Assembly (NCBI GenBank): GCA_907165135.1
Contig: OU015569.1
Span: forward strand, 12,090,001 to 12,154,000
Direction: 5' to 3'
Origin: Oikopleura dioica
Lineage: Eukaryota; Animalia; Chordata
DNA length: 64,000 nt
A program made the translations under genes and the position numbers. The notes under the pieces are model-generated. The model saw only the letters and a program-made list of their open reading frames with translations, was not told the origin of the DNA and made no database searches. This document shows, piece after piece, positions 62,401-64,000 of this stretch; within the stretch, counting starts at the first letter, position 1, and each line of letters starts with the position of its first letter.

Positions 62401-63306
62401 GAATCTGGTCTCGAAAACCTGTGTAGAAAACCTGAGTCAGGTTTCGAGGACCTAAAATGAAAAGCCGCGTAGCGGCTTTTAAAACGAAGCCGCGAAGCGG
62501 CTTCGCCATTATTAGAAATAAAATCAAAGAGATTGTATAGCGAAGCCGCTTCGCGGCTTCGTTTTTTAAAAAGCCGCTACGCGGCTTTTCATTTTAGGTC
62601 CTCGAAACCTGACTCAGGTTTTTTACACAGGTTGCCGAGCCCAGGTTCAGAATGCTGTTAAAATTATTTTCATTCTTCAAAAATTGAAAAATCAAAACCA
62701 GTGGCCGGCTACGGCAGTAAACAAGGAAGTGGCAGTCAACAAGCGACGGCGAAAAAGATCTGATTGGAAAAACACCGACTGGAACTGCCGTCCCCTTCGC
62801 CGGAAAAAACGAAAAAGGATTTTCCTCGAAGATCAAGAAATTCGCCAACGTGGTCGATTTGTCGAACGGGGAGTCGAAGGCGCTGCGGCCGGAAGACGTC
62901 AAAGACGGACTCTACTATTTCCAGTGGCAGTTCTCGCCCGTCACCAGTCGATTTAAAAGAGACGTGATCTTCAGCCAGCGGCACCAGTTCTTCGGAATGC
63001 AGTTTTGGATGAAGTGCGAGCTCGACGGGCAGCTCAAGATCTCGCTCTCGAAGGGAGCCGCCATCAAGTGGCAGTACAAGGTCATTCAGGACGCGCAGCA
63101 GAGCGTCTCTGGAGAACACAAGGGAAACTTTTACAGCTGGAAGAAGGTGCTCTGCCAGAACAACTGCGCACTAGGTAAAAAATGCGAATTTACGATGATT
63201 TTTATCCATCTCTCTTTCAGATTCGCAGAAAGTGTATATCGACCGCGACGCAGAACTGATAGAAGTGCAGCTAGTAGTGACGCATTATCGCCCCGAGCTC
63301 GCTTAG
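59409..63306 (+). CDS. Multi-exon protein: acidic N-terminus, Ser-rich FG/WG low-complexity regions, central helical region, C-terminal MATH/TRAF-like domain
   Basis: SGFG x2, DPF, NPF; SGWG x3; then LYYFQWQFSP...FSQRHQFFGMQFWMK...LKISL...|...YIDRDAELIEVQLVVT*. Some junctions (about 61365, 62380-62730) need non-canonical splicing or an indel. Confidence 0.6.
62405..62644. mobile_element. Full-length copy of the AP-1/AAGCCGC MITE
   Basis: Near-perfect palindrome ending ggttgccgagcccag. Confidence 0.9.
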
Positions 63307-63574
63307 TTACAGTAATACCCTGCTTTTCCTTCTCTCCTGTTTCCCTCTTTGCCACTCCAGCAGTTACTGTCTCAATAAACTTATTCTTCCATTCGAAACC
63401 GATTTCGTTTTTTTAAATGAAGAAAACAGTTTGTTTTTATTTATTTTTTTTTTACAGAATAGGTCATGTTTTATTCTCATGCATTTCGATAAGCAAAGGA
63501 GCTATCTCTTCGCCGCTATAATTTATATAAATCGATCACGTGTTTTGAATAAAAGAATGATTGTTTTTTTTCAG

Positions 63575-64000
63575 TCATCGAGTTCTAGTCAGAGTAATTG
63601 AATAAGCTTGCGGCAGAATATACCATTTTTCAGTTTCCATGTTGAATTCTTCGTTCACTAACTCAACGAACTCGTTGTTGTCTCCATAAAAAACAAAGTC
63701 GTTGTAGCTGTTGTAGCAGTTTTCCATCATTTCGTAAACGGCGTAGAATTCTCTTGAAACTGGAATTCTGATTTGAGAGCCGGAATGGTCGATGAGCGTG
63801 TTTTGGAGAATGAATTCGGAGTTTTCGATTCGGTCCAGCACCATTTGGTGGAAAATCATTGATCGGTCGGGATTTAGATATGCGCCGGTGACGGTTAGGG
63901 GACGGGAGAAGACGAAGTTGCCATGGAGGAGGACTTAATTTAATTTTTATTTGATTTTTAGTTTTGAATTTTTACCTTGCTCGAAATCGAAATTGGCAGT
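63575..64000 (-). CDS. 3' end of a second kinase-papain-like protease gene copy (continues beyond the window)
   Basis: Last exon nearly identical to about 36937-37294 (VLLHGNFVFSRPLTVTG...FHQMVLDRIENSEFILQNT...TLTRTR*), with a homologous last intron and preceding FDFEQ. Confidence 0.85.

Larger units (their letters stand above)
5339..62644. repeat. Dispersed palindromic MITE family (TIR CTGGGCTCGGCAACCTG...AACCTGAGTCAGGG; internal AAGCCGC-N3-GCGGCTT hairpins), >30 full or partial copies
   Basis: Approximate loci: 5339, 7570, 8420, 9105, 9985, 11320, 13837, 16555, 16707, 18420, 19225, 20530, 23215, 25342, 26015, 31030, 31596, 32080, 33355, 34086, 37825, 38664, 39175, 40385, 42385, 42929, 43685, 44512, 46216, 46690, 47690, 48085, 48428, 50690, 60267, 61845, 62405. 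No consistent TSD found at paired ends. Confidence 0.9.

Noticed and set aside
1-64000. Autonomous transposase, tRNA, rRNA, snRNA or SL RNA genes
   Set aside because: None recognised by eye; a covariance-model search would be needed to exclude small ncRNAs.

Overview
Compact, intron-rich animal genomic DNA. It is most consistent with the larvacean tunicate Oikopleura (inference from many short introns, homology-supported GA-AG and GC-AG introns, and tight gene spacing). Genes were reconstructed by hand across introns. They include an AT-hook protein, a rolling-stone/AIG1-like membrane protein, a claudin-like protein, a galactose-3-O-sulfotransferase, a small secreted Cys-rich protein, an R7-family RGS protein (DEP-GGL-RGS), a coiled-coil C-type lectin, head-to-head Fcf2/DNTTIP2-like and COQ5 genes, two tandem helical-repeat/J-domain paralogs (one disrupted), and two related WG/FG low-complexity genes (one ending in a MATH-like domain). 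The most striking gene is an atypical protein kinase fused to a papain-like (clan CA) cysteine protease with Gln/Cys/His/Asn at papain spacing (34405-37294); a second inverted copy begins at the window end. Introns and intergenic DNA are saturated with non-autonomous DNA transposons: a >30-copy palindromic MITE carrying AP-1 sites, an 8-bp-TSD MITE carrying telomeric repeats, a hAT-type element with (GAGCT)n, piggyBac- and Kolobok-type TTAA elements, and large foldbacks. No autonomous transposase, RNA gene or CRISPR array was seen. All exon boundaries are manual and unverified by transcripts.
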